DNA of 64,000 bases from positions 52,326 to 116,325 of the forward strand of contig JAJCYH010000018.1 of NCBI GenBank assembly GCA_029262995.1, in the 5' to 3' direction. The position numbers were made by a program, and so were the translations under genes. Each line of letters starts with the position of its first letter. Positions within the stretch are counted from its first letter, which is position 1. This document shows positions 48,432-59,288 of this stretch, in pieces. The stretch comes from Saprospiraceae bacterium. GTDB lineage: Bacteria > Bacteroidota > Bacteroidia > Chitinophagales > Saprospiraceae. The notes beneath the pieces were generated by a model, which did no database searches, was not told the DNA's origin, and saw only the letters and a list, made by a program, of their open reading frames with translations.

Positions 48432-49384
48432 TACAATTCATTGCTTATCGGAGTGAGTGTATATCCTTCTTTTATAAGCAGTCTAATGACACCTTTTGAT
48501 CCAGCCAAATGTCCTGCGCCAACAGCAAAAAACATTTGTTCGCTTTTCATCAGTTCCTCCATTAATGGAATCCAGTTTGCATTTCTCTTATGAAGAAGCA
48601 AGTCTTCATATTCACCAATACTTTCATCTTCAGACATACTACTGACCATTCTGGTAATATCCTGTTGCTTATACATCTGTACCATCTCTTTAAATGAATC
48701 ATCACCAATATCTGAGGATTTAATAGTTTCTAAAAGCATATCTGCCTGAACCTGATATGGAATGGAATCAAAAACACTAAGCTGAAACTCTATGGTTTCC
48801 AATCCCTTAACTTTCTTTTGTGATTGTTCACTCAATTCGTATAATTCCATCTCATAGGATTTCATTCTACTGTTTCCAGACATTCCAGCACCAAATTCTA
48901 CATCACCACTAGCAAAAACCGTTAGAAACATGGGCTTCAATCTCTCAAGAAAAAATAAGGGGATTCCGATATCTTCAAAATGAGATTTGATAAGCTTGTA
49001 ATCTTCTTCCGAATAAAAATCCTTTAAAGATTTTCCATCATTCATGAAGGCTTTAGTAAGCAAACTCATTTGTTTTGAGATATCAAACATGTCGTCCATA
49101 TCTATTTCAAAAACAACAGAACTTACTTCATCAAAAGCTGCAAGTGTACCTTTGGGCCAATAAAATTCATCGCTTGTAATCATATGAATCGTACCAAATA
49201 GATAAGAAGCTTGTTCCAATCCTTTCCCTTCAATTTTCCATAAAAGTGAATTCGATAGCTCTTCTATGTCCTGCTTCTGGTTTGTAGATGAAATATCTCC
49301 AGTTGCTTTAGCTATCTTTTTTGTGTTATTACAAGAGACTAATAAGCTACCAAAAAAGAATAGATAAATTATAATTCTAAACAT
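48431..49384 (-). CDS. TraB/GumN family protein
   Basis: LWKIEGKGLEQASYLFGTIHM and C-terminal FFAVGAGHLAG motifs, with a lipoprotein-like signal. Confidence 0.75.
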   Translation of the reverse strand: MFRIIIYLFFFGSLLVSCNNTKKIAKATGDISSTNQKQDIEELSNSLLWKIEGKGLEQASYLFGTIHMITSDEFYWPKGTLAAFDEVSSVVFEIDMDDMFDISKQMSLLTKAFMNDGKSLKDFYSEEDYKLIKSHFEDIGIPLFFLERLKPMFLTVFASGDVEFGAGMSGNSRMKSYEMELYELSEQSQKKVKGLETIEFQLSVFDSIPYQVQADMLLETIKSSDIGDDSFKEMVQMYKQQDITRMVSSMSEDESIGEYEDLLLHKRNANWIPLMEELMKSEQMFFAVGAGHLAGSKGVIRLLIKEGYTLTPISNEL

Positions 49385-50126
49385 TGATGTTTGTTTGTCT
49401 ATGAATAAAAATCTGATGCATCAAAATCGCCCCCGCTACCGATACGTTAAGTGACTCCACTTTTCCCGAACCAGGAATGGAGATGGTCGCATCTCCTTCA
49501 TTTTTAATTTCTCTTGCAACGCCAGTACCTTCAGAACCCAAAACTAGTGCAATAGGTTCAGAATAGTTAAGGCTATTAGCATCATTGTTTTCTGTATCAG
49601 CGATCAGGATTTTAACACCTGAACTTTTAAGATACTGAATTGCCTTTTGCAAACTAGCTTCTCGGCAAATAGGAATATCTTTTATCGCCCCTGAAGATGC
49701 CTTATAGGCAAAACTGTTTATGGGTGCTGCTTTTTTTGCCGGTAAGACAATACCATCACAATCAAACCAAACGGCAGATCTTGCCAAGGCACCCAAATTC
49801 CTTACATCTTCAATACCATCCAAAACCAAAAGAAATGGACTCTTTCCATGTTCGTATAAAAGTGGAACCAATTCCTCAACAGTATAATAATCAACAATTG
49901 CCAATTGAGCAATAAGGCCTTGATGATTCGCATTACCACACAATGAAGACAGTTTTTGCTTAGGTACATATTGCAAAGGAATCTTATTTTCTCGGGATAA
50001 CTTTCTTATCAACTTTTCCAATTCTCCCCTCATATCCTTGTCTATCCAAATTTTTTCCAATTTGGTCGCCTGATCCAAAGCATCGGTCACGGGTTTTCTT
50101 CCAATAAGTAAAGTATCATCTTTCAT
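49377..50126 (-). CDS. rlmB: 23S rRNA (guanosine-2'-O)-methyltransferase, SpoU/TrmH class
   Basis: SpoU motifs (DGIEDVRNLGALARSA, LVLGSEGTGV, IPGSGKVESLNVSVA) with an N-terminal substrate-binding domain. Confidence 0.8.
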   Translation of the reverse strand: MKDDTLLIGRKPVTDALDQATKLEKIWIDKDMRGELEKLIRKLSRENKIPLQYVPKQKLSSLCGNANHQGLIAQLAIVDYYTVEELVPLLYEHGKSPFLLVLDGIEDVRNLGALARSAVWFDCDGIVLPAKKAAPINSFAYKASSGAIKDIPICREASLQKAIQYLKSSGVKILIADTENNDANSLNYSEPIALVLGSEGTGVAREIKNEGDATISIPGSGKVESLNVSVAGAILMHQIFIHRQTNINV

Positions 50127-50316
50127 ATGCCAAATATAATCTGAATTAGAAACTGCTGTTTAAATGGTTATTCAATAGATATCAGATTTTTTCTACGACC
50201 AAATTATGTATCAAGACTACATTTTCAATACAATTTGTCTTTAATAAATGTAAAAGCCAGTTTGCATAAAGCATTTTAGTTTTATATTCACGATCAAAAT
50301 TAAATTTTATTCTATT

Positions 50317-53300
50317 ATGATCAGACATTTACTTCTCCTTGCATTATTGTTGAGTAGCCTTTTAACTTTTGCGCAAAGCAGCAAAAAGTCAATCGGTGAC
50401 AAATTTCTTAAAGAAAACCAGCAAAACTTAAATATCTCAAATTTAGATATTAGAGATGCACAGTTGGTTGACATGTATCAGACCAAACATAATGGTGTAA
50501 CACACATGTTTTATAATCAAACGTATAATGGCATATCTGTTTACAATGCTATTATCAACCTTAATTTAAGTAAGGAAGATAAGATGCTTTACTGCGGTAA
50601 TACATTTGTTGAAAAGCTTGAAACTAAAATCAATTCTACAAAATCTTTGTTTAAGGCACAAGATGCAATCAAGTCTACTGCAATAGCTTTAGGCATCGAT
50701 AATCCCGAAGACGCTAAGTTCTTGAAAAAATCAACAAATGGTCAAATGGAATTTCAGGAAACCAATTTTTCTCAAGGAAAAATCCGGGTTAAACAAATTT
50801 ACTTTCCTTATTCTGAAGAGGATGTCAGATTAGCATGGGAGGTTAGTTTTCATCAAAAAAACTCTACGGATAGCTGGAGCTCTAAAATAGATGCCGTGAG
50901 TTCTAAGGTGCTAGAAATGGAAAACAGAACGCTATACTGCAGCCATACTCCAGGAAAATATCACAATCATTCAGATGAATGTGAAAGCACAAATGAAGTT
51001 GCAAAGCAAAGCAAATTTCCAACTGCTACGCAAGCTTCTTCCTATAACGTATACGCATTGCCATCGGAAAGCCCAATACATGGACCACAGCTATTAGTAG
51101 TTGACCCTCATTACCCTGCTGCTTCGCCTTTCGGATGGCATGACATTGATGGCATGGAAGGTCCTGAATATACAATTACAAGAGGAAATAATGTTCATGC
51201 CTATAACGATGATAACGATGATGGTCAAAGTGCAGGTGATGAACCTGATGGCGGCGTGGAGTTATTGTTTGATATCCCCCACGATCCAACTGTAGAACCT
51301 GAAATGAACAGAGATGCGGATGTTATCAACTTGTTTTATGCTAATAATATGATTCATGACATTACATATTTGATGGGATTTGATGAGGGTTCTGGAAATT
51401 TTCAGGCTAATAATTACGGTAATGGAGGAGTTGACAGTGATTTTGTTGTTGCTCATTCACTTGACGGATCTGGAGTAAATAACGCAAACTTTTCTATAGT
51501 CCCTGATGGATTCAGTGGTAACATGAATATGTTCAAGTGGGAAATACCGCAATCCAGTTTATTTTCTATAGTACTACCTCAGGAATTGCAAATGAATTAT
51601 CAGAATGGAGCTGCAGGTGGTGGATGGGGCTTTGATGAAACCTATTCAGATATAGATATTGAAGCAGAGCTGGCACCAGCTTATGATAACAGTTTGCAAA
51701 ATGCCAATAATGCATGTAGTCTTATTGCCAATCCTGAAGAAGTTGAAGGTAAAATAGCAATGATTTACAGAGGGAGATGTGAGTTTGGCGTAAAAGCATT
51801 GAATGCACAAAATGCAGGAGCTATAGCGGTAATAATCTGTAACGTTCCAGGAGCTGGAAATGATCCTACAAGTGATGGCAATGACCCAATCTCAAATGGT
51901 ATGGGTGCTGGTGCTTCAGGAGCAAATGTTACAATTCCAGTATTTGCATTAGGATTTCAGGATTGTAATACAATTGTTGCAACCATTCAGGGAGGCACCC
52001 CTGTTGTAGGCAAAATTAAAGCGGTAGACAAAGGCGGACCACGAGAAGTTAGTTCCGGTTTTGATAACGGCATTATATTTCATGAATATGGACATGGCAT
52101 AAGCAGTAGACTAGTTGGTGGTCCTGGACAGGTTTGTATGGGTTCTGACGAACAGATGGGAGAAGGATGGTCCGACTTTTTTAGCCTAGCATTAACAGTG
52201 GAACCAGATGATCTTGGAGAAGATGCAAGAGGCATTGGGAATTTCGTACAAGGAGAAGATATTAATGGAAGAGGGATAAGAAGATTTCCATACTCTACAG
52301 ACATGGCCGTTAATCCTCAAACATTTAAAAGCATAAAAGCAACTACGGCACCTCACCCTCTTGGTGAGGTTTGGGCCGATATGCTTTGGGACATATTCTG
52401 GTTATATGTAGATAAGTATGGTTATGATTCTGATTGGAACAATTCTGAGTCTGGTAATTTCAAAGCTTTTCAATTGGTTTTGGACGGAATGAAAATGGTG
52501 GGGTGCAATCCTGGTTTTATTTCAGGAAGAGATGCCATAATAGCAGCTGAACAAGCTAATACCAATGGTGACAATCAATGTATGCTATGGGAGGCATTTG
52601 CCAGAAGAGGACTTGGATTTTTTGCTGATGGTGGTTCTGTAAATAACAGAAATGATGGTAAAGAAGATTTTCTGCCTTTGCCAGAATGTCAAAAAACCAT
52701 TAAAATTTACAAAGAAATGCCTGCTCTGATTGAAGGGAACAGTGAAATTGATGTTACAATAATCATTGCCAACCATAAAGATGACACGGTATATGATTTG
52801 ACCGTAAGCGATGAAATTCCTAAAGGACTGAGATTTGTTGAAGGATCAGCCAACATTGATGCTGCCGTAATTGGTGATCAAGTTATTTTCGAGTATGACT
52901 CCCTAATGTCACAACAAAGAAGTACGATTCGATTCAAACTTCAATATGACAATTCAGCAGTTTCAACTATACTCTTTAGCAACACTGTAGAATCAAATGG
53001 AGAAATCGGAGAATGGCAAAGAGAATTAGTTGAAAACCAAACAAACATTTTCAGAATCAATTCCAATACAATTTTTCCTACTTATTCAGGCGAAAACTGC
53101 TGGTTTGTTCAGGAACTTGATGAAGATACGGAAGCCATAATCAGATTTGACAATATTGAAGTTATCGGTGAAATGCCTGTTGTTAGATTTTGGCACAGAA
53201 TGAATACAGAATTTGCTCGAAATGGAGGGTTCGTAGAAATCTCTACAGATGGTCTATTATGGCAAGATGTAAGAGACCATTTCATCAGGAATGGATATGA

Positions 53301-53895
53301 ATGTCCTCTAGCATTTACAACCTTTGCAATTCCTGCACTACAGGCATTTTCTGGCAGATCAACATCAAGTAGTTATCTGGACAGTTATATTGACCTTTCA
53401 GATTTTAATGGAGAGACAATTAGCTTAAGATTCAGATTTGGAACAAACATCGCAGGTACTGCAAATGATGAAGTTTTTCCCCCTGACGCCGGTTGGTTTA
53501 TTGATGATATAGATTTAATTGATCTGATAAGAAACGAAACCCAGGCTTGTGTAACTACGATTTCAGATCAAGCCTGCACAGAGGCATTCTTCTCAATTCT
53601 TGATCCGCAGATGATCAGTAGTAACAATGAGCTTGATCTAGAGTCTCTAACGCTTAAACTGTATCCTAATCCTGCTGGAGAATTCCTTAATGTAGAGTTT
53701 GGCAATATTAACGCTGATGAAGCTAATATAAATATCATAAACGTTAAAGGAGAAGTAGTCTTTAATGAATTCAAAAAGCTCAACAGAAACTTTAATACTG
53801 TACAAGTAAATACAACTAAACTACCTACTGGTATTTATTTTGTTCAACTTCAAAGTGCGAGTGGCATAGTAACCAAGAAATTAATTATTGAATAA
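50317..53895 (+). CDS. Secreted M36 (fungalysin-like) metalloprotease with propeptide, PA domain and T9SS type A C-terminal sorting domain
   Basis: Zinc motif HEYGHGISSRLVGG with downstream EGWSDF. PA-domain-like GKIAMIYRGRCEFGVKALNAQNAGAIAVIICN. The C-terminus LKLYPNPAGEFLNVEF...GIYFVQL is Por-secretion-tail-like. Confidence 0.8.
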   Translation: MIRHLLLLALLLSSLLTFAQSSKKSIGDKFLKENQQNLNISNLDIRDAQLVDMYQTKHNGVTHMFYNQTYNGISVYNAIINLNLSKEDKMLYCGNTFVEKLETKINSTKSLFKAQDAIKSTAIALGIDNPEDAKFLKKSTNGQMEFQETNFSQGKIRVKQIYFPYSEEDVRLAWEVSFHQKNSTDSWSSKIDAVSSKVLEMENRTLYCSHTPGKYHNHSDECESTNEVAKQSKFPTATQASSYNVYALPSESPIHGPQLLVVDPHYPAASPFGWHDIDGMEGPEYTITRGNNVHAYNDDNDDGQSAGDEPDGGVELLFDIPHDPTVEPEMNRDADVINLFYANNMIHDITYLMGFDEGSGNFQANNYGNGGVDSDFVVAHSLDGSGVNNANFSIVPDGFSGNMNMFKWEIPQSSLFSIVLPQELQMNYQNGAAGGGWGFDETYSDIDIEAELAPAYDNSLQNANNACSLIANPEEVEGKIAMIYRGRCEFGVKALNAQNAGAIAVIICNVPGAGNDPTSDGNDPISNGMGAGASGANVTIPVFALGFQDCNTIVATIQGGTPVVGKIKAVDKGGPREVSSGFDNGIIFHEYGHGISSRLVGGPGQVCMGSDEQMGEGWSDFFSLALTVEPDDLGEDARGIGNFVQGEDINGRGIRRFPYSTDMAVNPQTFKSIKATTAPHPLGEVWADMLWDIFWLYVDKYGYDSDWNNSESGNFKAFQLVLDGMKMVGCNPGFISGRDAIIAAEQANTNGDNQCMLWEAFARRGLGFFADGGSVNNRNDGKEDFLPLPECQKTIKIYKEMPALIEGNSEIDVTIIIANHKDDTVYDLTVSDEIPKGLRFVEGSANIDAAVIGDQVIFEYDSLMSQQRSTIRFKLQYDNSAVSTILFSNTVESNGEIGEWQRELVENQTNIFRINSNTIFPTYSGENCWFVQELDEDTEAIIRFDNIEVIGEMPVVRFWHRMNTEFARNGGFVEISTDGLLWQDVRDHFIRNGYECPLAFTTFAIPALQAFSGRSTSSSYLDSYIDLSDFNGETISLRFRFGTNIAGTANDEVFPPDAGWFIDDIDLIDLIRNETQACVTTISDQACTEAFFSILDPQMISSNNELDLESLTLKLYPNPAGEFLNVEFGNINADEANINIINVKGEVVFNEFKKLNRNFNTVQVNTTKLPTGIYFVQLQSASGIVTKKLIIE

Positions 53896-53911
53896 TAATA
53901 ATCTTGGAAAT

Positions 53912-53949
53912 AAAAAAAGCGATGGGAAATTCCTCATCGCTTTTTTTTA
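53912..53949. terminator. Bidirectional rho-independent terminator between convergent genes
   Basis: AAAAAAA-GCGATGgg-aaattc-ctCATCGC-TTTTTTTT. The A-run and T-run flank the stem, so it can serve both strands. Confidence 0.75.
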
Positions 53950-53965
53950 TCTGTTAAATTAAAGT

Positions 53966-55444
53966 TTACTCTTCCTCTCCAAGAACTTTGTCCGCAAGAT
54001 CTTCTGCTGCATTTTCAACTTTATCAATTATCTCCTTGCCCTTCTTTTTTAATTTATCAAGCTTTTCATCTATATGGTATTTTTCTTTAGCCTCCTTGAT
54101 ATCTGATTTTATATTTTCCGTACTTTCGTCAATTTTTTCTTCAGCAACATGAGCAATCGCTTTTACAGTATCCGTTACATCCTCAATAATTTCTTCTGCT
54201 TCAGTTTTCATTTTAGAAAGCAAACTTTCCTTCTTGGCTTTAGCCTTTTTTGCTGGAGATTCATTAATAGCTTTAGCAGCCTCTTCAAGCTTCTTTGCCT
54301 CATCACTTTGCTCTTCTACTTTCTGACTAATTTCTTCAGCTACCTTAATTTTAATCTCTGCTTCCTTTTCTTTAATCTTCTTTTTTTCCTCAAGTTTGAT
54401 TTGCTTGGCTTTTTCATTCTCTAACTTGGTTTCAAGTTCGGTTTTGGTACGCATCATCTCATCGAGTTTTTCATTCTTTGAGTTAATACGTTCTTGTACC
54501 ATCAGAACTTTTGCCTGTCTAAGCTGCATTTCCAATTGCCCTTGTGTTTCCCCTACTCTCTTGTTTTGAAAATTGATATCTTTTACATCTCTGGCAATAG
54601 ATTTTTCCATTTTGTCTATTGCTGATAAAAGTCCTTGATATCTTCTCTCTAAACGGCTAGTGTTAGAGCTTTCGGAAGGACGCTCGCCATATCTCTTTTC
54701 CTTATATTTTTTAAAAGCCTCATCGATCTTTTTCCAAATGGAAGAACGATCACCTTTCGTTAGTTTCTGATCTTTAAATTCCTCTTGCAATTTTTTAAGC
54801 TCATCAAAAATAGGTTTAAGACCCAATCCCTTTTCAATCTTCTCCTCTATTACTTTTATTTTCTCGGTAAAAGCTTGTGCATTGGCCTTTGAAATTTTAC
54901 CAAATTCCTCATTGGCTCTATGCCTTAATTCTTTTAAACTTTTAAAAACTTCATTGGCTGAATCTTTAAGTTTATCTGCATGATCACGAAACAGATTTCT
55001 CTCTCGTGCCTGATCAGAAAGCTTGGACCAAAATGCTTTCATTTCTTCAAACAATGAACTATCATATTCTGTAAGCTTTTCAGCTTTTTCTTTTAGTTCC
55101 TCAAGTTCTGAACTGTAGAGGTCATATAATTTGGTTGATAAAACAACAAAATGCCACTCCGTTTTGGCTCTGATAATCACATCTGATCTTTGAACCTTTA
55201 AATTTTCAGGAAGCAAGTCATCGGTTATAGAAAGAGGCCTGTCCAGTACAGTATGACCTTCAGGCAAAACAACTTCTTTGTCTTCTCGCCATTCATTCAT
55301 CAATTGGTTGTATAATTCTTCAGTAGCAACCTCCTCAGGGAAACTAAGCATTTTTACTTTGTTTTCTTTTGCCAATAATTCCAAGGCTATTAAAACTTTC
55401 TTTTCATTTTCATCACTGGCCCACAGTACAATCTTCTTTTTCAT
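53966..55444 (-). CDS. Hypothetical Lys/Glu-rich coiled-coil protein
   Basis: 492 aa with no signal peptide. A globular N-terminus of about 100 aa is followed by long charged helical sequence. I do not recognise a family with confidence. Confidence 0.4.
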   Translation of the reverse strand: MKKKIVLWASDENEKKVLIALELLAKENKVKMLSFPEEVATEELYNQLMNEWREDKEVVLPEGHTVLDRPLSITDDLLPENLKVQRSDVIIRAKTEWHFVVLSTKLYDLYSSELEELKEKAEKLTEYDSSLFEEMKAFWSKLSDQARERNLFRDHADKLKDSANEVFKSLKELRHRANEEFGKISKANAQAFTEKIKVIEEKIEKGLGLKPIFDELKKLQEEFKDQKLTKGDRSSIWKKIDEAFKKYKEKRYGERPSESSNTSRLERRYQGLLSAIDKMEKSIARDVKDINFQNKRVGETQGQLEMQLRQAKVLMVQERINSKNEKLDEMMRTKTELETKLENEKAKQIKLEEKKKIKEKEAEIKIKVAEEISQKVEEQSDEAKKLEEAAKAINESPAKKAKAKKESLLSKMKTEAEEIIEDVTDTVKAIAHVAEEKIDESTENIKSDIKEAKEKYHIDEKLDKLKKKGKEIIDKVENAAEDLADKVLGEEE

Positions 55445-55494
55445 TTTTCTTTATTCATTCCGTAATTCTGCATTCCGATTAAAGATTGCATTCA

Positions 55495-55528
55495 ATCAAA
55501 ACGTTTGAATAATATAACTTATTCAAAC
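55495..55528 (-). terminator. Hairpin terminator after asd
   Basis: Perfect 10-bp stem GTTTGAATAA/TTATTCAAAC (55503..55512 and 55519..55528) with a 6-nt loop, followed on the minus strand by GTTTTGATT. Confidence 0.55.
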
Positions 55529-55533
55529 AGTCT

Positions 55534-56523
55534 CTATAAACTTTGTATTTTTTGCAAAATCTGAATGGCATTTGTAGCTGCGCCTTTTCTGAGATTATCA
55601 GCTACAATCCAAATATTTAATGCATTTTCAATGGAATCATCTCTTCTGATTCTACCTATAAATACTTCGTCCTTTTTTCTAACGAATCTAGGCATAGGAT
55701 AATGATTCACATTAATATCATCCTGCAATATGATACCTTTTTCAGTAGAAAGCAATGTTCTTAGCTCATCAATATCAAAGGCATTATTAAATTCTATGTT
55801 CACTGATTCTGAATGTCCGCCACATACTGGAACCCTAACTGCAGTAGCCGTAATTGCCAATTCAGGAGCATCCATTATTTTTCTTGTCTCATGAACCAAC
55901 TTCATTTCTTCTTTCGTATAATTATTATCCAGAAAAACATCACAGTGAGGAATGCAGTTTTCAAAAATTGGATATTGATAAGCTTTTGGGTAATCACTAG
56001 AAAAATCGCCTTGAGATTCCTTGGAATATTGTTTCATAGCCTTTGCTCCAGTTCCTGTAAAACTCTGATAAGTAGAAATTACCAATCGCTTAATTCCATA
56101 TTTTTTATGCAAAGGATTAAGCGCAACAACCAATTGGATTGTTGAACAATTTGGATTTGCAATAAGCTTATCTCCTTTTGTTAATTCATGACCATTGACT
56201 TCCGGAACAATCAACTTTACTGAAGGTTTCATTCTCCATGCAGATGAATTATCTATAACTGTTGTCCCTTTCTCAACAAAAAGCGGTGCATATTCAGAAG
56301 AAACAGAACCTCCTGCAGAAAATAATGCAAAATCAGGAGCTTCTTCAATGGCTTGAGACATAGACATTATAGGGTATTCCTTTCCCATATAATTTACCAA
56401 ACTACCTACTGATTTGGATGAGGCTACTGGTATAAACTTATCTACGACAATTTTTCTTTCAGCTAATACTTCAAGCATTTCACGTCCAACTAATCCAGTA
56501 ACACCAACAACAGCTAATTTCAT
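55534..56523 (-). CDS. asd: Aspartate-semialdehyde dehydrogenase
   Basis: MKLAVVGVTGLVGREM, active-site NPNCSTIQ, and Asd-like C-terminus VADNLRKGAATNA. Confidence 0.93.
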   Translation of the reverse strand: MKLAVVGVTGLVGREMLEVLAERKIVVDKFIPVASSKSVGSLVNYMGKEYPIMSMSQAIEEAPDFALFSAGGSVSSEYAPLFVEKGTTVIDNSSAWRMKPSVKLIVPEVNGHELTKGDKLIANPNCSTIQLVVALNPLHKKYGIKRLVISTYQSFTGTGAKAMKQYSKESQGDFSSDYPKAYQYPIFENCIPHCDVFLDNNYTKEEMKLVHETRKIMDAPELAITATAVRVPVCGGHSESVNIEFNNAFDIDELRTLLSTEKGIILQDDINVNHYPMPRFVRKKDEVFIGRIRRDDSIENALNIWIVADNLRKGAATNAIQILQKIQSL

Positions 56524-56703
56524 ATTTAATACATATTAGCTTGCAAAAGTAAGATGACTTATTCAATAATGCTTATTCAAGACAAAATAGAAACCTAGTC
56601 TATAACAAATGACTGTTTACGCTTAATGAATTTTTTCATCTGCATAGAGCTTAATCTACTCTTTTATTATATTAATAATTCATGGAAGGATAAATTTTAA
56701 TTT

Positions 56704-59283
56704 ATGAAATGGACGATTACTATTGCGATAATATTCATTCACTTAACTGCTGTTGCACAGTTTTCTGATGACTTTAATGATAAACTCTCTAGGGACTGGA
56801 AAGGTGATTACGAGCATTTTATAATAAACGAAAAAAAACAATTGCAGCTTTTTGCTGAAGGATCAGGGAATTCATCATTGTTCCATATTGTATCTTTTCC
56901 AGATTCAATACAATGGCAAATTGAGATAAGTCTTAGCTTTTCTCCTTCCAATAATAACAGATTAAGGATAGTACTGGCCTCTTCGGAGTTAAATATAAAT
57001 TCAGGCACGTCTTATGTACTTGATATTGGCGAGTCAGGAAATCAGGATGCTATTAAATTTGCGAAAATTACAAATGGAATTACAGAGGACTTAGCAACTG
57101 GTATTCCTGGAAAAGTATCCAAAGCTTTCAATCTTACTTATCTGATTACTAAAAATGAATATAATCACTGGCAATTGTTTTCTCAGAATATCGATGGCTC
57201 AAATAAAGAGTTGGAGTTTGTAGTTGACTTAAATAATCAAAATGATAAGATTACTGATATGCAATATTTTGGGATGATTTGCACATATACTTCATCGAAT
57301 GTAGATGCTTTTTCTTTTGATAACATCAAAATTGATAAAATTCAAAATGACACAATACCGCCTCGTATCCTATCCATTAAAGCAGTAGAAGAATCTATAA
57401 TAACTCTCCAATTTGATGAAGCCTTAGACTCTAGCACTGCTATAGACAAAAACAATTATACAATCGCACCTCCAATCACTATTTCAAATGTCATATATGA
57501 CGATAGGATAAATGCTGTGTATTTACATACTTTAGAAACACTCAATGGATGTTCTCCTTATAAGATAATAACAAATGGTATTCAGGATTTGTCAGCCAAT
57601 ATCTCAATAGAATTCAGTACTAATTTTGAAGTATTTGAAGACCTTGAACATGGAGATATTCTTATCAACGAACTTCTTTCTGATCCGAAGTCAGGTGGCA
57701 GTGACTACCTTGAGTTGATCAATCCTACATCAAAAGCCTTTAGTCTCAAGGGACTAATTATAAGAAACAACGACAAGGATGAAGAAATTAAAATCAATGA
57801 TGATATCCCTATCAGACCGTCGCAAATCATTGTGTTTACAGAAGATTCCATTTCTGTTATTGAAAATTATCACCCTCCTGATGATATTGTCCTAATTGAA
57901 ATAAGTCTTCCGGACTTCAACAATGCCTCAGGCAATATTACAATAATGATAGAAGATAGTCTTAGCAATAGAATTACTATCGATTCTTTTGATTATAATG
58001 AAAATCAACATAATCTTAATCTCAATTCAACTGATGGCATAAGTCTTGAGCGAATAGCCCTATCTCATGCTACACAGCTCCCTAATAATTGGTCTTCATC
58101 AATAAACAAATACTTTGGAACACCAGGGTATCAAAATTCTATTCAAGACAATACAGATTACCTTGGCGTCCATATAACCAACTCCTTGGAAATTGAACTT
58201 CTGTTTGTCGACCAGATGTACTTACCCAGTATATTAACTTACGGCAATTATGACATTAACGGTATAGAAATAGTCGATATAAGTGTTAATGATGAAAACA
58301 ATAAAAATATTTTTATCACCTTAGAAAACGAACTTTCAGCTGGAACAATATATAAACTTAAACTAAGCAAATTGATCAACTCATGCATGGATACTCTTTC
58401 TGATCAAGTAAATGATCTAAGGCTTATTGAAAATCCCGAAAAGGGTGATATCCTGATCAACGAATTACTTTTTAATCCTTACATCGATCAATATGACTTT
58501 CTGGAGCTGATTAATAATTCAAATAAATTTGTAACTATCCAACAACTGAATATTATCAATGATCACAATTCTAAGGACGAAAGTATCTACTATAATAATT
58601 ATTTAAAGCCTGGTGAGATAATTGCTTTTACACAGGATGTTGAAAAACTAAGGGACATATATAATGTGCCCGATACTGCCAATATTGCAAAAAATCATTT
58701 ACCTGCCTTTAACAATGATTCAGGTAATGTAACGCTTAGGTGGCTCGCCAATGGAGACTGGGTAATTATTGATTCCTTTGACTATTCAGAGTCAATGCAT
58801 TATAAACTATTGAATGATAGTGAAGGGATAAGCTTGGAAAGGATAAATTCGGATATCCGTACAAATGATGTCAACAATTGGTTTTCATCTTCTCAAGATA
58901 ATAACTTTGCAACACCAGGGTTTAAAAATTCAGCTTTTACAGTAATCCCTGCAATAAAGGAGGAGGTTTTAACATTTCCATATCAAATATTCTCGCCTGA
59001 TGGTGATGGATATAGAGATTTTCTTGTAATTAACTATAATTTGTATAAACCTGGCTTTCTGGCGAACATAACCATCTATGATGATTCAGGCTACAAAATC
59101 TCAAGATTAACCAATAATCACTTAATGGGAAACAGTGGAATTTTTAAATGGTCAGGCTTAGATGATCATAATCTTGCACTTCCAATTGGAATGTATATAA
59201 TATTTTACTCATTTTTCCACCCAGATGGTGATATATTTGAAGGAAAAAAAGTAGTTGTCCTAGCACAGGACCTTAACAACTGA
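56704..59283 (+). CDS. Secreted protein with two lamin-tail-like domains and a type B-like (FSPDGDG) C-terminal domain
   Basis: Two copies of GDILINELL..P....DYLELIN (lamin tail domain-like). The C-terminus reads IFSPDGDGYRDFLVINY...IYDDSGYKI...FKWSGLD...GMYIIFY. Confidence 0.65.
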   Translation: MKWTITIAIIFIHLTAVAQFSDDFNDKLSRDWKGDYEHFIINEKKQLQLFAEGSGNSSLFHIVSFPDSIQWQIEISLSFSPSNNNRLRIVLASSELNINSGTSYVLDIGESGNQDAIKFAKITNGITEDLATGIPGKVSKAFNLTYLITKNEYNHWQLFSQNIDGSNKELEFVVDLNNQNDKITDMQYFGMICTYTSSNVDAFSFDNIKIDKIQNDTIPPRILSIKAVEESIITLQFDEALDSSTAIDKNNYTIAPPITISNVIYDDRINAVYLHTLETLNGCSPYKIITNGIQDLSANISIEFSTNFEVFEDLEHGDILINELLSDPKSGGSDYLELINPTSKAFSLKGLIIRNNDKDEEIKINDDIPIRPSQIIVFTEDSISVIENYHPPDDIVLIEISLPDFNNASGNITIMIEDSLSNRITIDSFDYNENQHNLNLNSTDGISLERIALSHATQLPNNWSSSINKYFGTPGYQNSIQDNTDYLGVHITNSLEIELLFVDQMYLPSILTYGNYDINGIEIVDISVNDENNKNIFITLENELSAGTIYKLKLSKLINSCMDTLSDQVNDLRLIENPEKGDILINELLFNPYIDQYDFLELINNSNKFVTIQQLNIINDHNSKDESIYYNNYLKPGEIIAFTQDVEKLRDIYNVPDTANIAKNHLPAFNNDSGNVTLRWLANGDWVIIDSFDYSESMHYKLLNDSEGISLERINSDIRTNDVNNWFSSSQDNNFATPGFKNSAFTVIPAIKEEVLTFPYQIFSPDGDGYRDFLVINYNLYKPGFLANITIYDDSGYKISRLTNNHLMGNSGIFKWSGLDDHNLALPIGMYIIFYSFFHPDGDIFEGKKVVVLAQDLNN

Positions 59284-59288
59284 TTAGA

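Noticed and set aside
50441-50452. Additional copies of the respiratory palindrome (ATTTAGATATTA here; ATTATTTAGAT at 9882..9892)
   Set aside because: These are only half-site matches with no inverted partner, and both lie inside coding sequence. They are expected by chance in AT-rich DNA.
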